Counted from the stretch's first letter, positions 1-9,613 are shown. The stretch is DNA of 64,000 nt from Robiginitomaculum sp. (GCA_023301505.1 JALZUP010000093.1:8008-72007); one strand, 5' to 3'. Numbers and translations: made by a program. The notes: a model not told the origin generated them from the sequence alone.

Positions 1-1093
1 TTCCAGCAATCTCCATCGCCTCATCGCTCATGCCGCGATGCGTCATGGTGGCGGGGTGACAGATCAGGCTCTCTATTCCGCCCAAGCTGGCCGCTAATTG
101 ATAAAGCTTTAAGCTTGCTAGAAAACGGCCCACACTGTCTTTATTCCCTTTGAGTTCAAAAGAGAGCATCGCGCCCGGTCCGCTTTGCTGGGCTTGCATC
201 AGTTTATAGCCCGGGTCGCTGGCAAGGCCTGGATAATAGACATGAGCGACCTTGGGATGGTTTTGTAAAAATTTGGCCAGCTGCACAGCATGGGCCTCTT
301 GAATATCCATGCGCGCATATAAGGTTCTAAGCCCGCGCAATGTTTGGTAGCTATCAAAAGGCGAGCCTGTTAGCCCGCAGCAATTGGCCCACCATGCGAG
401 CTGCTCTGCGGTTTCGCTATCTTTGGCAATGGCTACGCCGCCCACCACATCGCTATGGCCGTTAATATATTTCGTTGTCGAGTGGACAACAATATCACAG
501 CCCAGCGCTATAGGCTGCATGCGGGCAGGTGATAAAAATGTATTATCACATATGACTTTGGCTCCCGCGGCATGGGCTTGCTTACAGATGGCGCGCACAT
601 CAATGATGCGCATAAGCGGATTGCTGGGCGTTTCAATTAAAACAAGCTTAGGCTTGAGCGCGAGCGCGGCCGATAGGGCGGCCTCATCGCCTTGGTCAAC
701 AAATTCAACCCGCAAACGTCCTTGTAAGGCGCGGTGGGTTAAAAGGCGATGCGTGCCGCCATAGCAATCATGAGGCGCGACAATGAGATCATCAGCCTGA
801 AATAGGTTAAAGACAAGATCAATAGCGGCCATGCCAGAGGCCGTCACCACGCCGCCCGCCCCGCCTTCAAGATCGCAGAGCGCGCTGGCAAGCCCTGCGC
901 GGTTAGGATTGACCGTGCGGCCATAATCATAAGGGCCTTTTTGCTCAAAACCGAGCCAATTATATGTACTGGTCATATAGAGCGGCGGAGTGACGGCTTT
1001 AAACGGCACATCTGTCCCAATTTCAGCCGTAACGGCGCGAGTTGGGCCAGATTTTGGAGCCGTTTGAGGGCTACTTTTATCTTTATCGGCCAT
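1..1093 (-). CDS. Cys/Met-metabolism PLP enzyme of the cystathionine gamma-synthase / O-acylhomoserine thiol-lyase family (MetB/MetZ-like). The N-terminal ~364 aa lie in the window and the 3' end runs off the left edge.
   Basis: My minus-strand translation starts at ATG (complement of 1091-1093): MADKDKSS...VTPPLYMTSTYNW...YDYGRTVNPNR...APHDCYGGT...DNTFLSP...HSTTKYINGHSDVV...SPFDSY..RGLRTL. It aligns along its length with MetB-type enzymes as I remember them. It overlaps the metX stop by 11 bp, which suggests an operon. The listed + ORF 384..764 is antisense noise. Confidence 0.8.
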   Translation of the reverse strand, partial: MADKDKSSPQTAPKSGPTRAVTAEIGTDVPFKAVTPPLYMTSTYNWLGFEQKGPYDYGRTVNPNRAGLASALCDLEGGAGGVVTASGMAAIDLVFNLFQADDLIVAPHDCYGGTHRLLTHRALQGRLRVEFVDQGDEAALSAALALKPKLVLIETPSNPLMRIIDVRAICKQAHAAGAKVICDNTFLSPARMQPIALGCDIVVHSTTKYINGHSDVVGGVAIAKDSETAEQLAWWANCCGLTGSPFDSYQTLRGLRTLYARMDIQEAHAVQLAKFLQNHPKVAHVYYPGLASDPGYKLMQAQQSGPGAMLSFELKGNKDSVGRFLASLKLYQLAASLGGIESLICHPATMTHRGMSDEAMEIAG

Positions 1094-2084
1094 GACTGAC
1101 CTCCTGTATAAAGCTAGCCAGACGCGGGCTCATGGAATCATATTCCTTTAAAAAAGCGTCATGGCCAAAGAGAGATGTAAAGGTGAAAAGCTCTGCGGGG
1201 CCGCCCAGACGATCACGCAGCACCCGCATATCAGGTAAGGGCGCAAGTTGATCAGAAATAGCGGTCATCAGCAAGGTTGGCGTATTAATCGCTTCGGGCG
1301 TGACGCGGTGCAGATCAATGCTCTCGCTCATCAGCAAGAAACGGCGCGCATCCATGAGCTGTGCAAAGACATCACCGCGCGATCCGAGATAGCTACAAAT
1401 GTCAAAAACGCTTGGGTCTTGGCTCAGCTCAGTGAGCGCAAAGCGGCCTGCAAATTCTTCGGGCGTGCGGTAAGTTGTCATCGCCAGCTCGCGGGCCAAT
1501 TTCATCCCTTGCTCAGGCAAGCCTGCCTCTAGGCCAAGGCGCACAATTCTGCGCTGTATGCCGCGCCATGCCACGCCCATGGAGCAGGGCTTATAGCTGG
1601 CACCAATCACGCAAAGATGAGATAAATCTTGCGCATGGTTTTGAGCAAAGGCCAGCCCTGTCATGCCGCCATAAGAGCTACCAATAATGGCGTCTGCTTT
1701 TCGGCCAATATGATTTAACAGCGCTTTAAGGCGCGCCGCCTGATCGGCGGTGGTAATGCTGTGGGGATAATCCGTAATTTCGGCATTGGGCGCAAAATCA
1801 TAGCCTAAAACGCAAACCTTATTCAGATCAATAGGCCCGCCAGCGCGCACTAAAGGCGACCACCAGCCAGGCTTACTGTTTCCAGATATTTTAGCTGTGT
1901 TATTATCTGCGCCATTAGCTGCATCACTATCAGCGACAAACCGCGAGGCGGAAATGCCGCCCATCACCACGATAAGCGGGCCATCTTCATGGCCGTAAAG
2001 GCGTCCGCGCACGACATCATTGGCCAGTACGCCGCCGCGTTCTAGCTTGAAATCACCTAAATTTATCTCGACGTCACGCGCCAT
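1083..2084 (-). CDS. metX: Homoserine O-acetyltransferase (MetX family, alpha/beta hydrolase)
   Basis: ORF 1083..2162. The likely start is the internal ATG at 2084 (MARDVEINLGDFKLERGG...). It has a GSSYGGM nucleophile elbow, the typical MetX N-terminus and length, and is followed by a trans-sulfuration gene. Confidence 0.85.
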   Translation of the reverse strand: MARDVEINLGDFKLERGGVLANDVVRGRLYGHEDGPLIVVMGGISASRFVADSDAANGADNNTAKISGNSKPGWWSPLVRAGGPIDLNKVCVLGYDFAPNAEITDYPHSITTADQAARLKALLNHIGRKADAIIGSSYGGMTGLAFAQNHAQDLSHLCVIGASYKPCSMGVAWRGIQRRIVRLGLEAGLPEQGMKLARELAMTTYRTPEEFAGRFALTELSQDPSVFDICSYLGSRGDVFAQLMDARRFLLMSESIDLHRVTPEAINTPTLLMTAISDQLAPLPDMRVLRDRLGGPAELFTFTSLFGHDAFLKEYDSMSPRLASFIQEVSHGR

Positions 2085-2359
2085 AATGTCTCCACTCGTT
2101 GACTCCGCCGCGCGGGCTGCAAATGCAAGACTGTCAGGTGAGGGAGGCTGGGGGCGCCGCAATCATCTGCCAGACTTTATTTGAAGCCTGAAGGAGTTAG
2201 CACCATGCTTAAACTTTTAAGCGGTTGCTCCAGCATCATAGGGCCTTTTCCCTCCGCTGGTCTTGATGAGTAAAGGGGATATGCGCGAAAATATAGAGAG
2301 GGTCAAGAAAAATTGGCGCTCTTGATTTTGGGCCGTAAGCCTCAGGCTTTATGCGCGCC

Positions 2360-2776
2360 CTAGCTTGTTGGCGCGTCTGTAATCCAAAGAATAGCCATAA
2401 AGGCACCCTTTATAGCAGGCAGCAGGGTTAGGCACATGGCAAATGTGATGAGCGGGAGAACAATTAAGCTCGCCCAAAGCGGCATGACAGGATTTAGGAT
2501 CATCGCCACGGCAATAGGGCCGATTAAATGCCCAACTATCAACATAGTGGCCCATGCGGGGCCATCATCGGCGCGCACATTTTCCCACTCATGGCCGCAT
2601 TCACTGCACGTTGCGACGGGTTTAAGATAGGCGCGGTATAATTTACCTTTGCCACAATCAGGGCAGCGTGATTTCAGGCCCTTACGGATAGCGGCCCAGA
2701 GAGCTGGCTTGAGAGTTGGCTTGCTAGCTGGCGTGCCTGTAGTTGTGGCTGTATCTGTGAGTAAATCTTTGCTCAT
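2360..2776 (-). CDS. DUF983 family membrane protein with a Cys4 zinc ribbon
   Basis: CPDCGKGKLYRAYLKPVATCSECGHEW..DDGPAW followed by two TM segments. The start is taken at MSKDLL (2776) rather than the ORF start at 2851. Confidence 0.7.
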   Translation of the reverse strand: MSKDLLTDTATTTGTPASKPTLKPALWAAIRKGLKSRCPDCGKGKLYRAYLKPVATCSECGHEWENVRADDGPAWATMLIVGHLIGPIAVAMILNPVMPLWASLIVLPLITFAMCLTLLPAIKGAFMAILWITDAPTS

Positions 2777-2944
2777 GGGGATAATATAGAGCTGCTCTGT
2801 TAAATTGCTATGAATAAGGCTATGGCTGCGTTGACACGTCACGCCCTCCATTATACATCCCGCGCGAGCTTATCGCCCAGACTCATCACGTCTTATCAAA
2901 AGACATTTGCAAAATTGGGCCTGTCTATAGATTAAGAGATATAT

Positions 2945-4612
2945 ATGCCTGTCCCCGTTATAGTCTTAAATTTTGGTCATAGCGTCTTAAAAACGCTCGA
3001 AGATTATAGCGATGCGGCTAGCGAGATTTATCGTCATTATCGCCGAGGGCAAAATATTATTGCCGTGATGAGCGCGCAAAATGATCAGACAGATATTTTA
3101 ATGGCCGAGGCGCGCCGTATTGGCCCCGGCGATCATGCAAAAAACCTCGCCGAATTAGTGTCATTGGGCGAGAAACGCTCGGCCGCTTTACTCGCCTTGG
3201 CCTTGGAGCGCATTGGCGCGCCCGCTTATGTGCGCCAAGCGCGTGATTTAGGCCTGCGCGCGCAAGGCCGCGGGGCAAATACAAAATTAGTTGATTTGAA
3301 TGTTGATCAGCTTCTCCAAGATTTAACGGACCATGATATAGTTGTCATGCCGGGCTTTATGGCCATTGGGGAAAATGATCGTCCAGCTCTGCTCACAGAT
3401 GGCGGGGCGGATATGACCGCGCTTTATGTCGCCGATAAGATTAAATCGCGCGGGCTTTTGCTCAAAGATGTGGACGGGGTTTATGATGGCGATCCGCGCA
3501 GTAGCCAAACTGAGCTTAAGCGCTATAAACAAATTAGCTGGGATGAGTGCGCCGAGAAAGCCCAAGTGTTGATTGCCCCGCGCGCTCTTGGCTATGCCGC
3601 CAAGCAAAAATTATCCTTTGAGCTGGGTAAACCTGGCATGCCTGACTATACAATTATTAGTGATAAGACTTTGCCTGCCGCCCCCACACGGCAGGCAAAA
3701 AAAATGCGCATAGCTATGCTGGGCTGCGGCGTTGTGGGCGGCGGCGTTTATCGCCGCGTGGAGGCCAATTCAGAGCGCTTTGAAATTGTCAAAATCATGG
3801 TGCGCAATATTAAAAAATATACCGACCAAGGCATGAAGGCTGAGCTGTTAACCACAGAGTTTGCGGATCTTTTGGCGGCCAAGCCAGATATTTTCATTGA
3901 TGTGTCTGGCGGGATAGAGCCAGCTTTGACGCAAACACGCATAATGCTGGAAAATGGCATCCATGTCGTGACGGCGAATAAACAGGCCGTGGCAGCGGGC
4001 GGTTTTGCGCTCGATAATTTTGCGCTAGAAAATAAGGCAATGCTATGCTGCTCTAGTTCGGCGGGCGGGGGGATGCCCGTTTTGGAAATGTGCAAGCGCG
4101 AGGCGGGCCGTATTGTCAAAGTTGAAGCGCTGCTCAATGGCACAACCAATTTCATGCTGGATGAAATTAGCGCGGGTAAAAGCTATGAAGCCGCCCTTAA
4201 AGAGGCGCAAGATAAAGGCTTTGCGGAGGCAGACCCGTCTGGCGATGTAAATGGCTCTGACGCGGCGGCTAAAATTCGTCTTGTGGCGCGCTTTGCCTTT
4301 GGCAAGGAAATTGAGCTGAGCGATATTGCCTGCGAAACAATTGAAGGCTTTAGCGGGGACGGATTTAAGGGCAAGGCAAAACGTATTGCCATATGCAGCC
4401 TTGAAGGGGGCAAGCTCGTCTCAAAATTAGAGCTTAAAGATTTGCCTGAAACTGACTTTTTGGCGCAAGCTGCTGGCGAAGAGGCTCATGCTGTCTTTAC
4501 CTTTGATAATGGCGATATTTACCGCATTCGCGGCAAAGGCGCTGGCCGCTGGCCGACAACGGAAGCGGTTATGGCCGATCTGTTTGATATTTCCGCCCAA
4601 TATGCATTTTAG
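2945..4612 (+). CDS. Fusion of an aspartokinase-like amino-acid-kinase domain with homoserine dehydrogenase; no ACT domains
   Basis: The N-terminal ~250 aa have an AAK fold (VMSA..., DGGADMTAL, KDVDGVYDGDPR). The C-terminal ~300 aa are homoserine dehydrogenase (MLGCGVVGGGVY, VTANK, LNGTTNFMLDE, AEADPSGDVNGSDAAAKI). Confidence 0.75.
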   Translation: MPVPVIVLNFGHSVLKTLEDYSDAASEIYRHYRRGQNIIAVMSAQNDQTDILMAEARRIGPGDHAKNLAELVSLGEKRSAALLALALERIGAPAYVRQARDLGLRAQGRGANTKLVDLNVDQLLQDLTDHDIVVMPGFMAIGENDRPALLTDGGADMTALYVADKIKSRGLLLKDVDGVYDGDPRSSQTELKRYKQISWDECAEKAQVLIAPRALGYAAKQKLSFELGKPGMPDYTIISDKTLPAAPTRQAKKMRIAMLGCGVVGGGVYRRVEANSERFEIVKIMVRNIKKYTDQGMKAELLTTEFADLLAAKPDIFIDVSGGIEPALTQTRIMLENGIHVVTANKQAVAAGGFALDNFALENKAMLCCSSSAGGGMPVLEMCKREAGRIVKVEALLNGTTNFMLDEISAGKSYEAALKEAQDKGFAEADPSGDVNGSDAAAKIRLVARFAFGKEIELSDIACETIEGFSGDGFKGKAKRIAICSLEGGKLVSKLELKDLPETDFLAQAAGEEAHAVFTFDNGDIYRIRGKGAGRWPTTEAVMADLFDISAQYAF

Positions 4613-4706
4613 CGCTGGGCTGATATTTTAAAGCAAAATCTCATTTATGTGAAACTTGCCAGACGGGCTGTGCGTAAAATAAACATGTTTGATCCAAAGT
4701 GTGTTT

Positions 4707-6200
4707 ATGTCGCCTGACCGTGCTGACTCCTCTATTACGCTCTCTAGTGCTCCTTCGATTGCGCCCTCTATCATGTGGTTTCGCCATGATTTGCGCATAT
4801 GCGATAATCCCGCGCTTATGGCCGCAAGTCAGGCAGGACGGCCCGTTGCGGCGATTTATATTTATGATCAGCAGTCAGAGCGTCCATTAGGCGCGGCGAG
4901 CCAGTGGTGGCTGCATCACTCGCTAGCGGCCTTAGAACAAGATTTAAGCGCGGTGGGCCTGCGCTTGATTTTGCTGCGCGGTAATCCGCAAATTATCATT
5001 CCGTCTTTGGCGCAAGAACTATACAAAGAAGAGCTGAGCAAAGAAGAGGGGGCAGGGGGCGTTTTTTGGAACCGCCGCTATGATGGATATGGGGTGGAAA
5101 CGGATAGCCAGATTAAATCGGCCTTAAAAGATGACGGGGTGCAGGTTCAAAGCTTTAAGGCCAATTTGCTCTTTGAGCCATGGGAGATAAAAAATGGCTC
5201 TGGTGAATATTATAAAGTCTTTACGCCCTTTTGGCGCGCCGCTCAAAAATTAGGCGGCATTGAGCCCGTCTTTAGTACGCCTAAAAACATTATCGGTTTT
5301 GCCGGCAGGCTCGCCGATGAGGTGACATTAGATGATTTGGACTTGCTGCCGCGCCAGCCAAATTGGGCGCATGGATTTTCTCAATATTTTACGCCGGGTA
5401 GCGCGGGCGCGCGAGAAAAGCTCACGCGGTTTTTACAAGATGAGCGCCCAGAAAAATATGATAATGATCGCAACCGTCCTGATCTATTTGCAACATCGCG
5501 CCTATCTGCGCATTTGGCCTTTGGCGAAATATCGCCGCGGCAAATCTGGCATCATACCCGCGCGAAGACAGATAAGGGTGATAAATTTTTATCCGAAATT
5601 GGCTGGCGCGAATTTTCCTACTCGCTTTTATTTCACAATCCCAAATTAGCGCGCGTGAATTTCAAACCTGCCTTTGATAAATTCACATGGAGCGGGGATA
5701 AAGATAAGCTCAGAGCGTGGCAGCGCGGACAAACGGGCTATCCATTTATTGATGCGGGGATGAGAGAGCTTTGGGCGACAGGCTGGCAACATAACCGCGT
5801 GCGCATGGTCACGGCGAGCTTTTTAATCAAACATTTGCGTATAGATTGGCGTGAAGGTGAGCGCTGGTTTTGGGATACATTAGTGGATGCTGACCCAGCC
5901 AGTAATGCGGCAAGCTGGCAATGGGTGGCGGGCAGCGGCGCGGATGCTGCGCCTTATTTTCGGGTGTTTAACCCCATTACGCAAAGCCAAAAATTTGACC
6001 CTCATGGGGACTATATAAGCAAATGGGTACCAGAGCTCTCGCGCTTGCCTGTTAAATTTATTCACACGCCATGGGAGGCGCCTGAGCAGATTTTAAAACA
6101 GGCGGGCATTTCCCTTGGCCAAAACTATCCCGCGCCAATTGTGGATCATAAAATAGCGCGCGAGGCCGCGCTGGCCGCCTATCAAGCCATAAGGACCTAA
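4707..6200 (+). CDS. phrB: Deoxyribodipyrimidine photolyase (class I CPD photolyase/cryptochrome family)
   Basis: MWFRHDLRICDNPAL, GYPFIDAGMRELW.TGW.HNRVRM, WQWVAGSGADAAPYFRVFNP. The ORF track starts at TTG 4689 and the ATG at 4707 is preferred. Confidence 0.85.
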   Translation: MSPDRADSSITLSSAPSIAPSIMWFRHDLRICDNPALMAASQAGRPVAAIYIYDQQSERPLGAASQWWLHHSLAALEQDLSAVGLRLILLRGNPQIIIPSLAQELYKEELSKEEGAGGVFWNRRYDGYGVETDSQIKSALKDDGVQVQSFKANLLFEPWEIKNGSGEYYKVFTPFWRAAQKLGGIEPVFSTPKNIIGFAGRLADEVTLDDLDLLPRQPNWAHGFSQYFTPGSAGAREKLTRFLQDERPEKYDNDRNRPDLFATSRLSAHLAFGEISPRQIWHHTRAKTDKGDKFLSEIGWREFSYSLLFHNPKLARVNFKPAFDKFTWSGDKDKLRAWQRGQTGYPFIDAGMRELWATGWQHNRVRMVTASFLIKHLRIDWREGERWFWDTLVDADPASNAASWQWVAGSGADAAPYFRVFNPITQSQKFDPHGDYISKWVPELSRLPVKFIHTPWEAPEQILKQAGISLGQNYPAPIVDHKIAREAALAAYQAIRT

Positions 6201-6242
6201 TATCTGAGGACTTAATATCTGAGACTTAATATCTATAGCTAA
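6187..6242. repeat. Tandem 13-15 bp units that repeat the phr 3' end plus its stop codon
   Basis: The units are cataaggacctaa | tatctgaggacttaa | tatctgagacttaa | tatctatagctaa. Every unit ends in TAA, and the first is the real stop (6198-6200). Confidence 0.8.
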
Positions 6243-6292
6243 CCCTTCGTAAACAGATAGGCGTTATAAGGCTGCAAACGAAAGAGGGACAT

Positions 6293-7213
6293 ATGCCATC
6301 TCCATCCATTGCAGTTTTACTGCCAGCTTATAATGAAGAAGACGGATTAGCGGCTGTTATCCAAGCCTTTCGCGCCGCCTTGCCGCAGGCGCGTATCATT
6401 GTATGCGATAATAATTCTAAGGATAAAACCAGCCAAGTGGCCTTGGCCGAAGGGGCGGAGCTATTTCATCAGCCTTTGCCGGGAAAAGGCCATGCTATGC
6501 GCCGCCTATTTCGCGAAGTTATCGCTGATATATATGTGATGTGCGATGCTGATGGCTCTTATGACGCTAGCGCCGCGCCGCGGCTCACGAAAATGATGAC
6601 CGATGAGAAGCTGGATATGATCGTTGCTGCGCGGGACTGTGAAGATAGTAATCACCGCCACGGACATGCCTTTGGCAATAAGCTGTTTACATGGATTATG
6701 GGCATGGCTTTTGGGAAACATTTTACCGATATATTTTCTGGCTATCGTATTTTCTCGCGCCGTTTTGTGCGCTCATTTCCGATGATGTCAAATGGCTTTG
6801 AAATCGAAGCGGAAATGACCATTCATACGCTTGAGCTTGGCCTGCCCTTTAAAGAGGTTGATGTCTCTTTTTATGAGCGTATTGGCGGAGAGAGCAAATT
6901 ATCGACATTTCGCGACGGCGCGCGCATTGCGTGGCTAATGGGGCGGCTTTATCGCGATCAACAGCCCTTACGGTTTTTTACATTTGGCGCCTTTATCATC
7001 AGCTTGATGAGCCTTGTAATCGGAACGCCTGTCATTATTGAGTTTTGGCAGACGGGTTTAGTTGATAAATTACCATCCGCTGTTCTCGCCGCCGCGCTCG
7101 CTATTGGCGCCGCGCTAAGCTTTACTTGCGGGGTTATTCTCGACACGGTGAAACGCAAACGTATTCAGCAAAAAATGCAAGCCTATATGGATGTGATTGA
7201 GCAAGAGCGCTAA
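6293..7213 (+). CDS. Family 2 glycosyltransferase with C-terminal TM segments (polyprenyl-phosphate sugar transferase type, GtrB/ArnC-like)
   Basis: AVLLPAYNEE, CDNNSKDKT and DADGSYD motifs, followed by two C-terminal hydrophobic helices. Confidence 0.8.
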   Translation: MPSPSIAVLLPAYNEEDGLAAVIQAFRAALPQARIIVCDNNSKDKTSQVALAEGAELFHQPLPGKGHAMRRLFREVIADIYVMCDADGSYDASAAPRLTKMMTDEKLDMIVAARDCEDSNHRHGHAFGNKLFTWIMGMAFGKHFTDIFSGYRIFSRRFVRSFPMMSNGFEIEAEMTIHTLELGLPFKEVDVSFYERIGGESKLSTFRDGARIAWLMGRLYRDQQPLRFFTFGAFIISLMSLVIGTPVIIEFWQTGLVDKLPSAVLAAALAIGAALSFTCGVILDTVKRKRIQQKMQAYMDVIEQER

Positions 7214-7217
7214 GCTT

Positions 7218-7266
7218 AACCGTTAAATTTAGAGCTAGCGGATCGTTAGCTATACTAACGGTTTTG
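7218..7266 (+). terminator. Putative intrinsic terminator after the GT2 gene
   Basis: The outer stem is aaccgtta/taacggtt, the inner stem is agcta/tagct, and TTTT follows. Confidence 0.45.
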
Positions 7267-7315
7267 TCATGCCATTGTGTATAGAAATTTTAACGCATCT
7301 GCCTATTATACTCAT

Positions 7316-8026
7316 ATGACATATTTAAATTCTAAAACGACTTTCTTTGTAAAATTGAGCGCTGCGGCGGTTTTAAGCCTTGGCTTATGGAGCTGCACGG
7401 CGTCTGAGGCGACCCAGCCCATAGCTGACGAAGCCAGTCAGCCAGCCAGTCAGCTATCCGCTCAGGTGATAAGCGAACCTGCTCAAAGGCCTTATATTTC
7501 CACCTCTGCCTATAGTGAGACTATTTTGGCGGGCGGCTGTTTCTGGTGCGTAGAATCCGATTTTGAAAAGCTTGACGGCGTTATCGAAGCTGTATCGGGC
7601 TATAGCGGCGGTCATTTGGATAATCCGACTTATAAAGATGTCACATCTGAAGGAAGCGGCCATTATGAAGTCGCTAAAATTGTCTTTGACCCCGCTAAGA
7701 TAAGCTATGAGCAAATATTAGAGCATTTCTGGACCCATGTGGATCCTACGGATGCGGGCGGGCAATTTTGTGATCGCGGGGATAGCTACCGCACAGCTAT
7801 TTTTGCAACGCCTGATCAGATAGATGCGGCGAATAGCTCTAAGCAAGCCCTGCAAAATTCAAACCGTCTTAAAGACCCCGTCGTGACGCCAATTTTGCCA
7901 GCTGTGAGTTTTTATCCAGCCGAGGATTATCATCAGGATTATTATAAGAAAAGCAGCCTGCGTTATAATTTCTACCGCGCAAGCTGTGGCCGCGATAACC
8001 GCATTGCTCAGGTTTGGGGCAAATAG
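7316..8026 (+). CDS. msrA: Peptide-methionine (S)-S-oxide reductase MsrA with an N-terminal signal or lipoprotein-like leader
   Basis: GGCFWCVESDFEKLDGV, GHYEV, DPTD..GQF.DRG.SYR. The leader is ...LSAAAVLSLGLWSC. The start is taken at MTYLNSK, and the ORF start at 7277 is also possible. Confidence 0.85.
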   Translation: MTYLNSKTTFFVKLSAAAVLSLGLWSCTASEATQPIADEASQPASQLSAQVISEPAQRPYISTSAYSETILAGGCFWCVESDFEKLDGVIEAVSGYSGGHLDNPTYKDVTSEGSGHYEVAKIVFDPAKISYEQILEHFWTHVDPTDAGGQFCDRGDSYRTAIFATPDQIDAANSSKQALQNSNRLKDPVVTPILPAVSFYPAEDYHQDYYKKSSLRYNFYRASCGRDNRIAQVWGK

Positions 8027-8079
8027 ATAAGCTTGCGCTGATAGATAATGCTTGCGCCGATAGCTAAAGCTAAGCGCGG
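8024..8079. repeat. Tandem 18-19 bp units starting at the msrA stop codon
   Basis: The units are tagataagcttgcgctga | tagataatgcttgcgccga | tagctaaagctaagcgcgg. They fill the convergent msrA/gtrA-like spacer. Confidence 0.75.
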
Positions 8080-8564
8080 GGCTTATCTTTATAAACACAT
8101 AATCGCAGCGCTATATAATTAAACCCAAAGGCGGCTATAGAGCCGATTGCTAAGGCGATTATAGGATGAGACAGGCCTGCTAGCTTGTATAAAATAAGCG
8201 CGCTATAAATTATGAAATTTATGGCGGCCCCTAGGCTTTGCACAAGAAAGTAAAGCGCGGCTTCGGCCTTTTTATTCGCGGCATGTTTAAGGCCTTTAAA
8301 GGCGATGAAGCGATTGACGAGCCATGTGAAAAGCACAGCTGTGATAAAGGCAGGAAACCAAGCGAGCAGTTGATCGATGCTGGTAAAATTAATAAGCCAA
8401 GACAACATAGCAGCGTGAACGATAAACCCGCCTGCGCCCGTCATAGCAAATCCCAATAAGCGTTGCCATTCTGACGATGTTTTTAGCTCTATAGCACTTT
8501 CTGGAGTCTTTTCTGGAGCATTTCCATGAGCGTCTTTTGGCGCAGATTTAGGTGGGTTTTGCAT
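8070..8564 (-). CDS. GtrA family membrane protein
   Basis: Four TM segments with a GtrA-like LVNRFIAFKG motif. It lies close to the GT2 gene. Confidence 0.7.
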   Translation of the reverse strand: MQNPPKSAPKDAHGNAPEKTPESAIELKTSSEWQRLLGFAMTGAGGFIVHAAMLSWLINFTSIDQLLAWFPAFITAVLFTWLVNRFIAFKGLKHAANKKAEAALYFLVQSLGAAINFIIYSALILYKLAGLSHPIIALAIGSIAAFGFNYIALRLCVYKDKPRA

Positions 8565-8758
8565 GAGCGCTATCTAGGCCTGTTCGCTAAGTCCTGCAAT
8601 AGCTAGGCTTTGTTCTAAAAATAGCCTCATAAAATAGCTTTAATTAGCCTTGAATTTGCCACGCTTTTCCCGTCTCTTGGATATATGAGATTCGCGCTAT
8701 ATAATTATTTTGATAAGGCTCCAAATTGGCAATATGGCGCTTATATAGGGCGCGGCCT

Positions 8759-9613
8759 ATGACAGAACAAGCTATGAAAAAACGCGCTTTGATTTTTGAT
8801 AGCGGGATTGGCGGCCTATCTGTTAGCGCCCATATTGCCGCCCATATGCCAGATATGCGATTGATTTATGCTGCGGATGATGCCTTTCGTCCCTATGGGA
8901 ATAAAAGCCAAGATCAATTAAAGGCGCGCTTGCCAGCTTTGCTGCGCACGCTTGAACTGGCGACCCAGCCAGATGTTATTGTCATTGCCTGTAATACGGC
9001 CAGCACGGCGGCCTTGCCCGATATTCGCAAAATTTGCCGCGCGCCGATTGTCGGAGTTGTGCCCGCGATTAAGCCCGCTGCGCAATTAAGCCAAGCCAAA
9101 GCGATTGGGGTGCTGGGCACGCCGGGCACTATATCGCGAAGTTATGTGGGCGGGCTGATCCGTGATTTTGCGAGCGCCTGTGAGGTGAGCCTGCATGGCA
9201 GCACGGCGCTGGTTGAAATGGCGGAGCGTAAATTAGCTGGACAGCCCGTGGATATAAGCGCGCTTGGGCAAGAAATCGCGCCATTATTTGCAGGGCGCAC
9301 CAGCCCCGATATTATTGTTTTAGCCTGCACTCATTTTCCGCTTTTAGCTGATGAGCTCTCTCTCGCGGCCCCCAAGGGCGTCACCTTTATTGATAGCGGC
9401 GAGGCCATTGCGCGCCGCGTTAAAAGCTTGCTTGGCGCGCAGGCGCTACCGCCTGCCCAAAGGGAGGTCTTAAAAGACGGGCCAAATTTAATGAATGTCA
9501 ATACGGCTTTGTTGATTGGCCCAAAAGAAAATTCAACCGCAAATATAGCGCGGCGCGAAAGCTTTGACAGCTTTGGTTATGCTCGTCTTGTTGTGTTGCC
9601 TGATTTTAAATAA
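8759..9613 (+). CDS. murI: Glutamate racemase
   Basis: FDSGIGGLSV, IACNTAS, LACTHFP. The start is taken at ATG 8759; the ORF track begins at TTG 8726. Confidence 0.85.
   Translation: MTEQAMKKRALIFDSGIGGLSVSAHIAAHMPDMRLIYAADDAFRPYGNKSQDQLKARLPALLRTLELATQPDVIVIACNTASTAALPDIRKICRAPIVGVVPAIKPAAQLSQAKAIGVLGTPGTISRSYVGGLIRDFASACEVSLHGSTALVEMAERKLAGQPVDISALGQEIAPLFAGRTSPDIIVLACTHFPLLADELSLAAPKGVTFIDSGEAIARRVKSLLGAQALPPAQREVLKDGPNLMNVNTALLIGPKENSTANIARRESFDSFGYARLVVLPDFK

Noticed and set aside
384-764. Listed + strand ORF (126 aa). Many similar 60-190-aa ORFs lie antisense to, or out of frame within, large genes (for example 1248..1532, 3323..3607, 19489..20079, 37589..38532, 47805..48203 and 57327..57686).
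   Set aside because: They lie entirely inside well-supported genes on the opposite strand or in another frame. Their Ala/Arg/Ser/Pro-rich composition is typical of off-frame translation, and they have no RBS. I treat them as noise.
2085-2359. Possible SAM riboswitch (SAM-II or SAM-V, common before metX/metA in Alphaproteobacteria) in the ~270-nt leader of metX.
   Set aside because: I read the minus-strand leader and found only a short gcttaa/ttaagc hairpin. The conserved AAAGCU 3' element and pseudoknot partner that I remember for SAM-II/V are absent. An Infernal scan would settle this, so I do not call it.
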